A stretch of 63,411 nucleotides of DNA, filler included, from Octopus bimaculoides (Eukaryota): NCBI RefSeq assembly GCF_001194135.2. It is 4 parts of 4 records of this genome, joined end to end, with 100 filler letters (N's around TTAATTAATTAA, not from the genome) between each part and the next. Parts side by side here need not be neighbours in the genome. Positions count along the whole stretch, not along the records: positions 12,759 to 40,664 come from NC_069004.1; 3 more parts are not named here. The stretch is one strand, 5' to 3'. The notes below the pieces were generated by a model that saw only the letters and a program-made list of their open reading frames with translations, was not told where the DNA came from and ran no database searches. Positions 21,512-34,640 of this stretch are shown here, one piece after another. Position 1 is the first letter of the stretch. Each line of letters begins with the position of its first letter. The translations under genes and the position numbers were made by a program.

Positions 21512-23770
21512 GGGGATTCCAGCCTTTTGAACAGATTCATCAACATACGGGAACGGTGACATATTTACAGAATAACAGGTATATTGATGAATCTGTTCAA
21601 AAGGCCGGAATCCCCGGGATCCCTGGATGCGTTGAACACTGTTTTTCGATTTGGAAAGCGATCCAGGATGCCAAACAGAAGAAGAGAAGTCTGAACGTGG
21701 TATAGCTTGACCTAACTAATGCATATCGGTCAGTGCCACACGAATTACTGATGAGAGCCATGGACCACTTCCACATTCCAGACAAAGTGATTAAAATAAT
21801 GAGGATGTACTATGACAGTTTCGAAATGAGGTTTACAGCTGGAGATTTTACAACAGATTGGCACCGATTGGAGATTGGCATTGCTGCTGGCTGTACAATA
21901 TCTGTCATGTGGTTTGTCTTAGCCATGGAGATGATTTTGAAAGCGATGGATTTTTCGGAACAAATCGCCCATGTACAATCGCCTAAGAAAGCCTTCATGG
22001 ATGACGTGACACTTCTAGCTACAGATAAATAAGTCATGCAGAATGCCCTCTTGAGACTAGACGAACTTGTGAGGCGGTCAAGGATGCGGTTTAGAGCAAA
22101 AAAGTCGCGTAGTCTGACATTTGTTAAGGGAGTGCAGAAAGAGTTTAAGTTTCGAATAGCTGAAGAAAGTATTCCAACAGTCAAAGAAGAACCTGTCAAG
22201 ATTTTGGGGCGAGTATACGCCGGAACATTGTCAGATAGAAGTCGCAGAATGAAACAAGCTGAGGCTGGATTATCAGCGATTGATAACTCGAAGTTACCAG
22301 ATAACTATAAAATTTGCTGCTTGCAGTTCGGCTTGTACCCGCGACTTTCGTGACCACTTTTAATATACGAGGTAGCCTTGTCACGAGTTCAGATCATTGA
22401 ACAAAAATGTAATGTGTTCATTAGAAGGTGGCTAGGCCTACCTCGGATGTTGAACAGTTCAGCTCTTTATCGTAAAAGAGGTTCGTTGCAGTTACCACTA
22501 GCGTCAATAGTCGAAATATATAAACTAGGGAAGATACGGACGGTGACGATACTGAGAGAATCGAAGGACATGGAAATCAGGCGTAACCCACCAGAGGTGA
22601 AAACAGCCAGGAAGTGGAATGCAGAAGCAGAGACTGATGACATCTTGTCTTCTCTTATACACAGAGATATGGTGGGTGCAACACAGAACCATCGGAGAGG
22701 ACTTGGTTTTGGCGCAGATCAGTTCAGACCGTTTGCGAGTATGATGCGGAGCAAACGCAAATCTGTTGTTAGCAAGAGAAACAATAGAAGCAGAGAGAAG
22801 AGAGCTTCATTTGATCCGAAGTAGTCAACAAGGACAGATGAAGAGATGGGAAGAACATGTTGAGAGGAAAATATGTTAGGATGGGATATGGAAGTGGACG
22901 ACATCTTGGCTAAGTTTTCTGATTCGTTCATCCTATGATGTTTTGCCGTCACCTATGAATCTAGTAAGATGAAACGTCTCAGAGGATGACATATGCAAAT
23001 GCGGAAAGGCCGGAACACTGAAACATATTATTTCACACTGTTCCAAGCATTGAATAGGTATACATGGAGACACAACCTGGTCCTGAAGGTTATCTTCAAT
23101 GCTATGAAGAACCAAATTCATCTCAACAACACTGAGAAAAAACTGTTGAAAGTACCATCTAGAGATGTTATTACCTTCGTGCGCTCAGGTCAGCGGATCC
23201 GTTTCAAGAAGAACAAGAAACTTCCTGTGAGAGAAGAAAAGTGGAAAGGCTATTGGGAAGTGACTGCAGATTTACCTGGGTGCCAGGGATTCTTTCCCAT
23301 CCCAGTTACGGAAAAACCGGACATTTTAATGTGGTGTGAAAGAAGGAAAGTTGTAAATCTAGTCGAGTTAACGGTTCCTCATGAAGATAACATGGACGCC
23401 GCGCCGGCTCGAAAGATTGATCGTTACGTAAACCACCTCGAGAAATGTGGAGATGCAGGGTGGAAAGCTGAGCATTTTCCAATCGAAGTTGGATGTAGAG
23501 GGTTTGTTGGACACAGTGTGAGACGACTGCTGTTATCGTTAGGCCTAACTCATCGTAAGGTAAATACCACCATGAGTGATATCTAAACTACAGTGGAGAA
23601 GGCTAAGCCACTGGATTTGGTTAAAAAGAGACGATGAGCGATGGCTAGAGAAATATTGAGCTTTATTTAATAACCAGTTGATCTGGCAAGCGGGGCCTCA
23701 TATCAGTAAGGGGATCGGTGCGCAATGATGCCATCTCCTGATGACCCCATACACTTGCTGGCTTCCAGTA
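21512..23770 (+). mobile_element. RLE-type non-LTR retrotransposon, Hero-like clade, decayed
   Basis: QKAGIPGIPGCVEH, LDLTNAYRSVPH, GIAAGCTISVMWF, AFMDDVTL, KKSRSL, RYTWRHNLVL, KPDILMWCERRKVVNLVELTVPHE..PIEVGCRGF, WIWLKR; several stops and frameshifts. Confidence 0.85.
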
Positions 23771-24215
23771 TACGGAGTTCTCGACTGGTAGCACTTGCAT
23801 GTGCAAGTTGTTTGCAAGACATATAGTTATATATAAGGTATATCACTTCCAATTGTGACCTTCATTTTCAGATGAAAAGTTGTGTAATTTAAGGGAGATT
23901 TAGCTGTTATTTCTAGCACATCTCACGGTCACTAGTCACCTTCGATATTTTTCTCCCCATAAACACATTTTATCGAATGATGACGCCGAAGTAACTCAAG
24001 GATTTTGTTTAGCCCAAGGGTAAGAAATTTAATTTTTTAACACCTCACTGCACCAAGCCAATTCGCGCGCGCGCGCACGCGTGTAAGAAAAAAGATATTT
24101 ACAAACAGATAATTANNNNNNNNNNNNNNNNNNNNNNNNNNNNNNNNNNNNNNNNNNNNNNNNNNNNNNNNNNNNNNNNNNNNNNNNNNNNNNNNNNNNN
24201 NNNNNNNNNNNNNNN

Positions 24216-24248
<33 letters not shown>

Positions 24249-25149
24249 TGCGTGCATGCGTGCGTACGCGCGCCTTTATTTGCAAGTGGTCATTCCAAGG
24301 TCTTTACTCAGTTGTGCGTTGAAAGAAGAAATTTGAACTCTATCACGCACACACACACACACACAACACACACAGATGCATACATACATGCATACATACA
24401 TACATACATACGTACATTTCCACTGAAATGACGGGATTGCTAATATGGACTGGTGTCGCTAAAGTGGAAAATTCTGTAGCTACTTTTGGGACTGGTAGCA
24501 AATTGCTTTTCTTAAATAAATTGGTATCGCTATGGTTATTCATCATTAAAGAGAATCCATTACAAGTCAAGATGTTTGTAACTTGAAAGACAACCTCTTT
24601 ATGCAAGATTGCTGGAAAGGGAGGCCCCCCCCCCTGCATTGAGTGCTCCATATCCTTCATAGAAAGGCGTCCCGATGTCAAGAGTGACCTAGGGAAATTA
24701 CTCCCGTGGCACCCACACAAATTCCGGCTCTGCACATGTGTACAGTCGGACGCATACATCACAGAACATGCTCATTCACGTGCTCTTTAATTTATAATAT
24801 TTATTCACTCCCTTGGGTGTAGTGACCGACATGTCAAAACCCTCACCAGCAACGACTACTCAAATGGGTTGAAGGATTGTCATCTGAGTGGTGTAAAGGG
24901 GTCTTCCATCAGGAGTAGGGAATACCGACAAACAGTGAATGCAGCGACGCGCTGGGACAGCGCATGCCCTCACGAAAAATTCATTGAGGCATCGAAAGCC
25001 GGTTTCGTTTAAGTATTTCAGTTCAATTAAATATTTCAGTAAATGAAGAATTTATGTTGTATGGTATTAGTATACCTTTTTTCGTCTTTTCCTGTGACCA
25101 ATGTGAATTATTTCTCCTGGATCTATTCCATCTCAATCACAGATTTTTT

Positions 25150-26080
25150 TTTTGATTTTTTTAAACTAAGCAGCTTGAAACTTCGAATACTGGTAGAATT
25201 TCTCACGTAGAACACGGTTTACTCTGAACGTTTTTGACATAATTTCCTATTTTAGAAGTTATTTCGTGTTAAAGTTGTATTTGGATAATTTCAACCAATC
25301 AACGACGTGTATTCGGTTGAAGAAGCTAATCGAAGAGGAACAACTTCTGGGTCATCTCTACTAAATCTCACCACTCTGTTCGAAGAATTAACCCCATAGA
25401 GCAACGAGTTCGCAGCTAGCTTTTTTGTTGTTGACGTATATGTAGTTTCAAAATGCCTTATTTTACCACTATTGTTATTGTCATGATTTATCTCACTATA
25501 ATTAACAACAAACACATTTCGTCAATATAAAAGTCTTTATTAAGGCGGCGAACTGGCAGAAACGTTAGCACGCCGGGCGAAATGCTTAGCGGTATTTTGT
25601 TTGCTGTTACGTTCTGAGTTCAAATTCCGCCGAGGTCGACTTTGCCTTTCATCCTTTCGGGGTCGATTAAATAAGTACCAGTTACGCACTGGGGTCGATG
25701 TAATCTTGTTTGTCCCCTCTATGTTTAGCCCCCTGTGGGCAATAAAGAAATAATTATAAAAGTCTTTATTAGATTAGAAATAACATTATCGAAACATGAA
25801 GGTAAAACAAAACAAATAGCGGCTTATACACCGGAAAATACGGTCATTGTAGTGGCAGTGACAAGTTCGCTCACTGATTGCTAGTTGATAGTGTATAAGG
25901 GAGGGAAAGGGTAAGGAATAGACGGTGCTGACTAGAAATGAAGGAAGGATAAAAGTGACGAATGGAACAGAGTGGTGACATTTAGTAGAGATGACCCAGA
26001 AGTTGTTCTTCTTAGATTACTATCGCAAACAGCAGTAGCTTTCATCAACCGAATACACGTCGTTGATTGGTTGGAATTAC
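25150..26080. mobile_element. Second, truncated copy of the 19045-19733 MITE family, with a SINE B inside
   Basis: aagttatttcgtgttaaagttgt..taatttcaaccaatcaacgacg matches the 19180-19240 region; 25285-25380 is inverted relative to 25965-26078. Confidence 0.7.
25540..25755 (+). mobile_element. tRNA-like SINE family B
   Basis: taaggcggcgaactggcagaaacgttagcacgccggg..gagttcaaattccgcc..ccctgtgggcaataaagaaa; other copies at 51775-51995(+) and 58160-58410(-). Confidence 0.85.
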
Positions 26081-26089
26081 CTAAAAATA

Positions 26090-27960
26090 CGACACCACCA
26101 TCACCAACAACAACAGCAACAACAACAATGACTCACGTACCACAAGTTTTGACCATCTCGCACCGATTCCTAAGAGAATGACATAATGAAAGAAAAACGG
26201 GCCGAAAATGGCGAATAGTCTCCGATGGAGGAAAGTGAAAGAGAAGAGTACAGAGCATCACTGCAAGGATACCACAAAAACAATAACAAACACAGAAACC
26301 ACAATTACAGCCCATTTCACAATCACTCCAATAACAACATCAACAACAGTAATATCAACATCATCATCATCATCAACAAGAAGAAAATACACAAACACAA
26401 TGACAACCAAAACTGAAACTCAAAAAGTACAACAAAGCAAACTACACAAAAAGTATCCATCAACTTCATTGTTGTAAATACTCAAATCATAAAAACGAAA
26501 CTAAGAAAGATTTTGAAGATTTAATCCTCAAAAAAAAACAAAAAAAACGACGGACAGATTACTAATAAAAACGTCATCAGACGTATACCAAACAATTTGG
26601 GAAAAATTCTCGGCTACTGTGGGAATTTTAAAAAAGACTATGCAAAACACTTTTATGAGAGCCTTTTAGAAAACATTCGCCCCAAGAGAGGTCAGGAACA
26701 TTAGGACTTCGCGAAAATTAAAGTTAGTGATCTCTCCTTTCTCTCTCCAACAAACATGGTTGTGCTGTGTGTGGGGTGTGTGAATGTGTGTCACCTGGGC
26801 TTAGCTTAGAAACATGGTCACTTGTTCAACGACCTCAGTTCGCTTGACATACGTATAGTGGTACCCAGCGCTGGACTAACCATTTAGCAAAATAAGCACT
26901 TCTTAGGTCATCAGGGGAAGGAGAGGGCACCACAGAAATGGTAAATTGTTTACGGCACAAAAGAAATCACTTTAAATTGGCTGAAATAATATTCGGGATG
27001 CCTTTACCTCTACTAAATATAGATGCAGATGTGTTACCTAAGACTAATTTTGAGGATCTAATCAAAGACTTTGCAATTCAAAAAAGTAGGAGGAAACTTT
27101 TCAAATATAAATAAAGTGGAGGTATACAAAAATAAACATTATTTTTCCTCTTACTGTTTTGTCTCGTTTTGAAAAATAAAAATTTATTTTATGGTTTATT
27201 ATTGTTTATATTTTGAATTACATGATATTTTATGGGGGCACCAAAATCTTTTAAGTGCTTAGGGCCTCGATAGGTCTTAATCCAAGCGCTGGTGGTACCC
27301 ATCAGCGAGACAAGGATTTCTGATGCGCAAGCATTGGCGCTTATTTTTGATGATCGGGCGGCAGGGTAGCAGTGCTATTACAGAAATTCTTAGAGCTTAA
27401 AGTACGGGCAATCTTTATGGTTCTTGGCGGTAAGTTGGTGTTCCAGGACGTGAACGGCAACGGTCCCCATAGAGGCTATGAAATATTCCTGGGAAAATCT
27501 CGCTCTTTAGTACTAGGGGTGGTGGTGCTGGAATTGTATTTTGGATGCACGGAACGATTTGTGACATTGCAGAAGGGAACGCAAAAGCCCGAAAATCTGC
27601 TCAGGAACTTCCAGTTGCCTAACAGGTACTAACTAGATTTTCCTGATGTGACAGAGTAGACATGTAGCAACCACAGTGGGTCATCCAGATCGTATCTAGA
27701 TGGAGTATTTATTAAGTCAGCGGATAGAGATAGTGTAGGATGTTTATATTTCGAACTGGTCGGGTACACAGACCGCAAATTTGTGATCTGCTCGGTCAAT
27801 TTAGACAGTGGCCCGATTGCTAGAGGCTGAACGCGTTCTTACCGGCACACAAAGACTACAGAGACCGGATTAATGAACTAATTAGGTAGCAGTTGACGGG
27901 TGGAGGCAATCCCCAACAACCAATGATGGGTCATCCTGAAGAGGGCGATTCGAGTAGAAT
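26090..27960 (+). mobile_element. Tx1/L1-like LINE: ORF1 remnant plus ORF2 APE endonuclease, decayed
   Basis: MVVLCVGCVNV..HLFNDLSSLDIRIVV(P)ISETRIS, later SRSYLDGVFI..YTDRKFV (APE termini); split by a hAT insertion. Confidence 0.7.
26866..27291 (+). mobile_element. Non-autonomous hAT element, 426 bp, with a transposase C-terminal remnant
   Basis: TIR cagcgctggactaa / ttaatccaagcgctg; exact 8-bp TSD GTGGTACC (26858-65 and 27292-99); internal LPLLNIDADVLPKTNFEDLIKDFAIQKSRRKLF resembles the hAT dimerisation-domain end. Confidence 0.9.
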
Positions 27961-28170
27961 CGATAGCATTTCTTTTATCTTTTACTCGTTTCAGTCATTA
28001 GATTGCGGCCATGCTGGGGCACCGCCTTGAAGAATTTTAGTTGAACGAATAGACCCAAATATTTAGTTTCATTTTAAAGCCTGGTACATAGTCTATTTAT
28101 CTCTTTTACCGAACCACTAAGTTATGGGCTCGTAAACAAACCGACCTCGGTTGTCAAGTAGTGGTGTGGG

Positions 28171-28284
<114 letters not shown>

Positions 28285-28379
28285 TGCGTCGACAAAAATG
28301 GAGATGAAAAATCCGAGATGGTACTGCTTTGTTTGAAGATAATAAACAGAAACATGCACTGATAAACAGAGAGACAAGA

Positions 28380-28590
28380 AAGGGTTTGCTAGCGGCCAAC
28401 GATCCTCTTCTCTCCTAACTTGCAATACTTGCAACCGTATCTGTCTCTCCCAAGTTGGACTAGTCAGTCATAAGCGTAAGTATTTATTTAGGTCCCCTAC
28501 AGACTTTTCATAGTTACAATCTGTTGAATTATCTTTCACTGTTTGCTATAGGAACTGCAGAAGTAAATCTGGGTTGAGAAGGCTCATGAA
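28380..28590 (+). mobile_element. Two RTE-like C-terminal zinc-finger remnants
   Basis: TCNTCNRICLSQVGLVSHKRK and VCYRNCRSKSGLRRLMKYH. Confidence 0.45.
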
Positions 28591-29856
28591 ATATCACAAT
28601 AACAATTTGCAGCAGTCTTCACTACAAAATCAAGCTTTTCCATTTTGTCTAGGTGGGAAAATTTCTAAATCCTTTGCTGAACAAAAGAATCATTTTCAGT
28701 CACATAACACATAGACTATCTTGACCATCTTCTAGTAATTTTAAACTGTAAATATTTTACTCTATATTACTGAAATGTGCGTGTACTGTCAGTGGTGATG
28801 TTGAGAAAAGTCATACTCGATTAATGAGTCGATAGTCATCATCATCCATCGGTATGTACATACATATATGACGAGCTATTTTTCAATTCCACCAAATCCA
28901 CTTAAAAGGCTATAATTGAAGACACTGGCCAAAATTGTCACACAATGGGACCCAACCCGGAACTATGTCGTCAGAAAGCAAACTTCTTACCACACAGCTA
29001 CGCGGGTACCTATGTATACGTCTCTTATTTTCACTGTATACCGTGTATATTTCATTCAATTTAAACCCAACCACCACCACACTTTATTTCTGTCTTTGTG
29101 TTGTCCACCTTATCCGTCGGCAAATAAAAGAAATCATCATCTTCGTCGTCGTCGTCGTTGTTGTTATTGTTATTACTATTATTATTATTAAAATGGCCAT
29201 TAATAATGATTGCATTAGTATCATTAGTTTCCAGTCAATCTCAGATTCATTTTTACCTGCTCAAGAACGTACTTTCAAAGTAATAATACTTATTTGAGTT
29301 AGCCATTGTTCATTTTGCTACCAGTTCAAACAAGTCAGAGAACAGGCAGTGTTATGCTTTCGTTAACAATATCTTTCGCTTTGGCTTAACAATGGCTACC
29401 AGTAGATACAGTTAATGTCCTATAAACACAAACGAGTGCGGTCGGTACAGATACCGGCCGACGAATCCAGTTTGTCGAAATGTTTTCAAGGTCAACATTT
29501 AAGTTTATGTGTGTTCGTAGTGGACAACAATAAGTGCTTGAAGATACTATGGTTCTGCAAGAAAGAAGGAGAAAGAAATGATGTCTGAAATTTTTTGAAT
29601 ATTGATGTTAACAAAACTAGTTCTTTTTTAGTGCAATGATTCTTAAGGAGGGGAGTGTTGTGAGGTTTGAATAAAGGACGAACAAACTGCGGTGTTTAAT
29701 AACATTAACTTGGTCCTTTTATCTTTTACTTGTTTCAATCATTAGATGCTAGGTCACCGCTTTGAAGAATTTTTAGTCGAATGAATCGACCCCAGTACTT
29801 TTTAAAGCCTGACACTTATTCTATCGTTCTCTTTTGCCAAACCGGTTGTCAAGCGG

Positions 29857-29965
<109 letters not shown>

Positions 29966-30686
29966 NNNNNNNNNNNNNNNNNNNNNNNNNNNNNNNNNNN
30001 NNNNNNNNNNNNNNNNNNNNNNNNNNNNNNNNNNNNNNNNNNNNNNNNNNNNNNNNNNNNNNNNNNNNNNNNNNNNNNNNNNNNNNNNNNNNNNNNNNNN
30101 NNNNNNNNNNNNNNNNNNNNNNNNNNNNNNNNNNNNNNNNNNNNNNNNNNNNNNNNNNNNNNNNNNNNNNNNNNNNNNNNNNNNNNNNNNNNNNNNNNNN
30201 NNNNNNNNNNNNNNNNNNNNNNNNNNNNNNNNNNNNNNNNNNNNNNNNNNNNNNNNNNNNNNNNNNNNNNNNNNNNNNNNNNNNNNNNNNNNNNNNNNNN
30301 NNNNNNNNNNNNNNNNNNNNNNNNNNNNNNNNNNNNNNNNNNNNNNNNNNNNNNNNNNNNNNNNNNNNNNNNNNNNNNNNNNNNNNNNNNNNNNNNNNNN
30401 NNNNNNNNNNNNNNNNNNNNNNNNNNNNNNNNNNNNNNNNNNNNNNNNNNNNNNNNNNNNNNNNNNNNNNNNNNNNNNNNNNNNNNNNNNNNNNNNNNNN
30501 NNNNNNNNNNNNNNNNNNNNNNNNNNNNNNNNNNNNNNNNNNNNNNNNNNNNNNNNNNNNNNNNNNNNNNNNNNNNNNNNNNNNNNNNNNNNNNNNNNNN
30601 NNNNNNNNNNNNNNNNNNNNNNNNNNNNNNNNNNNNNNNNNNNNNNNNNNNNNNNNNNNNNNNNNNNNNNNNNNNNNNNNNNCACC

Positions 30687-30720
<34 letters not shown>

Positions 30721-31379
30721 TCATCAATCATCATCATCATCATCTATAACCTTTCTGATCCCACCCTTCATATAGATTAACACAAACATGAGTGCACAGC
30801 GCAGAAGTCTTTATATCAGTGTTTCTCAACTATGTTTTACCTATGGAGCCCTTAGATTCCTATTTTACTCGTATGGACCTTCCTAGCCATTCGATGTTTA
30901 AAAGGATGTACCTCACACAGAGTGGACCAAATAGAACAGGAGGAAACACATAGAATGAAGAGTCACTGAAGAATTCACAGATGTGTGACGAAAAATTTCC
31001 AGACAATGGACATAAGACAAAATAGGAACAATTATAAATGAGTGAAGAACGAATATATAGCGCGTGTATTTATTTGGCAAGAAAAATAAAGAAAAAAATG
31101 ACCATCCCGAAATATAACAATATGCATATATATGTGTGTGTATGTTCTTTTATGTTCTTTTACTTGTTTCAGTCATTTGACTGCGGCCATGCTGGAGCAC
31201 CGCCTTTAAAAGGTTTTAGTCGAAGAAATCGTAGCTGTTAATGAGTTGTGTTTGCTTTCGTGTTTAAGTGCCTTAAAGCTAAACTGCATAGGGTTTCAAT
31301 TCAACATAAAGGATTAAATTCTGATCTGCCTGCCTTTATACTGGCTAAAATTTGCACACATATATTGACTTTTTCAGAT

Positions 31380-33090
31380 ACCTCGGAAATATGTTCAAAC
31401 GACTAATCGTGGGGCTGCAGAGGACGATTTAAGTAGGGCCAGAGATCGTGTCAGGGAAGGATGCAGTATCCGTGCTGCTGCTAAAGATTTCAATACATTA
31501 AGAATGACACTAAAAAGATAAATAGACAAATGCAATCAACAAAATGAAGAGCAAAACGAAGTGCTTGAGTACAAAAATTGCAGGAAAATATGACATTTTC
31601 ATCAGAGATAGAAGCTGAGTTATCGATTCACATAATGATATTAGCCGAGCAGTTCCAAGAAACTCACACGAAATAAATGCCATGAGTTGATAGTGGAATA
31701 TGCATTAAGAAACAATGTTACGGTCCCTGATTCTTGGTAACAAAACGGAATAACTGGCGAGTATTTTAGATGTCTTTTAAAGAAAGAAACCATCTAGCAA
31801 TTCGAATACCAGAGGATACATCTCTTGCTAGAGCAACTGCGTTCAATTGCTATAACATTGACAAGTTTTACGACAACTTAAAGAGTGTTATGGACCTGCA
31901 CAAATTTGAATGCCACAATTATAACGCAGATGAAACTGGGTGTACAACTATGCAGCAACCTGAAAATGTCGTTGCTGCATAGGGAGTGAAACAAGTAGGG
32001 TCTATAACTTCCGGTGAGAGAGGACAACTTGTAGCAGTTGTGTATGCAGTTATTGCAGCAGGAAGTATTGTTCCACCACTGCTGATCTTCCTATGAAAAA
32101 ACTATAGAGATTATTTTATCAAAGGTGGGCCTGCAGGATGTATCGGAGGAGCCAATTCCAGTGAAGGGATTAATGTTTGTGACTTATTTAAAACACTTTA
32201 TAACCTACACCAGGTGCAGCAAAGAGAAGAAAGTGTTGTTAATTTTGGACAATCACAAAACTCATGTGTCTCTTGCAGCTATTGACTTGGCCGAGAAAAA
32301 TAGGGTGATATCATTAACAATCTCACCTCACACAAGCTACAAGCTCCAACCATTGGATGTGAGCTGCTATAAGTTATTCAAGACGGCATATAGTCGAGTG
32401 GTTGATAACGGGATGCGTTTCCACCCCGGAAAGTCGATTACAATATATGACATTCCTGAGTTTGTTTCACATGCTCAGATACATGGTCTTACTGCTCAAA
32501 ACATTATCTATGGGTTTCAACGAACGAGAATTTATCCCTTTAATCAAGATGAGTTCTGTAAAACAGAGTTAACACCTGCAGTAGTAACAGATGGAGATCT
32601 TCCAACATCATTTTATGAAAACCAAGCAGATATTCTCAAATCAAGTCTTAAAGAAACACCAATTTCTAATTCAATGCCAGAGTCACCCAACATTTCATAG
32701 AAACCATCAGCTTCCACCGAAACTGCTACTTCGAATGTTGAACGAAGTGGAGTTCTCAACGTTTTAAAATAAAACACAAATCATTTATATGTAGTTATGT
32801 GTTTCATCTTTGCGTACAATCAATTATAATATCACTTATCCCAAGTTCTCCCGTATCCAACTCTCCCCTATACATGTCCCAACTCTCCCCACCCCCTGCG
32901 AGGGTTGGGTCAAACCACCACCCTTTAAAAAGCATGCTTTTGTTGCTTCAGTTTACACCCATTTGAAACTATATCCCTGCGTTACAAGTCTATGAATATT
33001 ACAAGTTGGTAAAGAATTCTTTCTTATGCACAGAAAGTCTGTATCATATTGAAATGTAAGAAATGACCCAGCTCTCCCAAGCTTGCCCTA
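31380..33090 (+). pseudogene. pogo/Fot1-like (DDE_1) transposase relic with 3' terminal region
   Basis: PRKYVQTTNR, SLARATAFN, YNADETG, KQVGSITSGERG, LLILDNHKTH, PHTSYKLQPLDV; gtcccaactctccccacc terminal motifs at about 32860-32895 and 33070-33090. Confidence 0.85.
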
Positions 33091-33330
33091 AATGTAAGGA
33101 TAAACAAGTTAGGCAAGTCGATATACAAAGAATATTAAATACATTTAATACAAAATATGCATATATGTTTACATAGTAAAAGGTCCGACTTACACAGACT
33201 AGACATGGTATCAAGAATTACTCTGTGTAAGTCGGACCTTTTCTATGTAAGCATACATACATATTTTGTATTAAGTGTATTTAATACTCTTTGTATATCG
33301 ACTTGCCTAACTTGCTTATCCTTACATTTA
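33089..33330. mobile_element. Palindromic (foldback) MITE, TA-flanked
   Basis: Arms 33089-33198 and 33222-33330 (about 110 bp, a few mismatches), 23-bp spacer, TA at both ends. Confidence 0.85.
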
Positions 33331-33403
33331 CTCCTATACACACATACGCACACGGACGCACGCACGCACGCACACACAGACACACAGACACACACACACA
33401 CAG

Positions 33404-33467
<64 letters not shown>

Positions 33468-33499
33468 ATATATAACAAATAGTGAGGGATTATCAATCC

Positions 33500-34560
33500 G
33501 GGCAAAACACTGGTACTTTTTGGTTATCTCACCCCATTGAAAAATTGGGTTATGTCTCCCGGTTTTACGAGAAATATCAGTACTTTTGGTTATCTCCTTC
33601 AACTAAAAAAAATGGTTTAACCCTCAATAAAACAAAGGAAAAGTGAAAAAATTAATAAACATGAAAAGTGAAGAGATGAAACATCGTTTTGAATCTGATA
33701 ATATTTTTAGAACAAATCCTACAAATCTGAAAAAAAGTGATAAACATGAAAACTGAAAAAAATTAAACATCTTACTGAATCTGACAACATTTTTATAACA
33801 AATTATACCATTCCTATTGAGGAGGCCAAACGTCGACAGTGTGTTGAAGTATTGAATCAAAAGGATCTAACTTTTTTAATCCAATCTCTTGTCGCCACAT
33901 TAACTCGATTGTTTAGTGGGGAGATAACCCAAATTTTTAATAGCAATTTTTTAATGGGGGTGAGATAACTAAAAAGTACCAAAACACTTCATAAGCTCTC
34001 TGTCAGCACACCAAGATAACAATATTACTTTTGGTAGGGTCCCAGTTTATGGTTCATCACAATTCTATATTGTAAATCCGTGGATGGGCCACAAATAAAC
34101 TAATCTGGTACATTTTGGTTATCTCACCATTAAAAAATTGGGCTATCTCTCCCAAGTAAAAAAAAAGTTGTTTAACCCTCAATAAAACCAAAAGAAAAAA
34201 AATGAAAAATTTAATAAACATGGAAAGCGAAAAGATCAAACATCGTATTGAATTTTGATAACATTTTTATAATGGTTCCAGGTTATGGTTCATCACAATT
34301 CTATATTATAAATCCGTGGATGGGCTCCAGATAAACTGGCTTGGTATTTTTTGGTTATCCCACCCCATTCAAAAATTGGGTTATCTCCCCTAACTAAAAA
34401 AATTATTTAACCCTCAATAAAACCAAAAAGTAAAATAAAAACATTAATAAACATGAAAAACGAAAAGATTAAACATCTTATTGAATTTAATAATATTTTT
34501 GTAACAAATCATACAAAACTGAAAAAAATTAAACATCTTATTGAATCTAATATATATGCA
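33500..34560. repeat. Complex satellite-like repeat with ~237-bp period and one inverted sub-unit
   Basis: ccag.ttatggttcatcacaattctatatt.taaatccgtggatgggc at about 34042 and 34278; ttaaccctcaataaaac.. at about 33617, 34171 and 34407; inverted ggttatctcaccc motif at 33915-33980. Confidence 0.8.
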
Positions 34561-34577
34561 CACGGTAAAAGGTACAC

Positions 34578-34640
<63 letters not shown>

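Noticed and set aside
24343-24762. 139-aa minus ORF
   Set aside because: No recognisable motif or supporting splice sites; ends in a microsatellite.
26208-26477. Thr-rich ORF as a mucin-like stalk for the membrane protein
   Set aside because: It is on the opposite strand, in a different joined piece, and directly upstream of a LINE ORF2, so it is better explained as LINE ORF1 low-complexity sequence.
29390-29540. Strong minus-strand acceptor followed by one open frame
   Set aside because: Weak donor, uninformative peptide and no phase-compatible partner exon.
30966-31005. CUGAAGA..UCACA/UGUGA..GAAA hammerhead-like string
   Set aside because: The 10.1-11.1 pair is U-C and no stem I can form.
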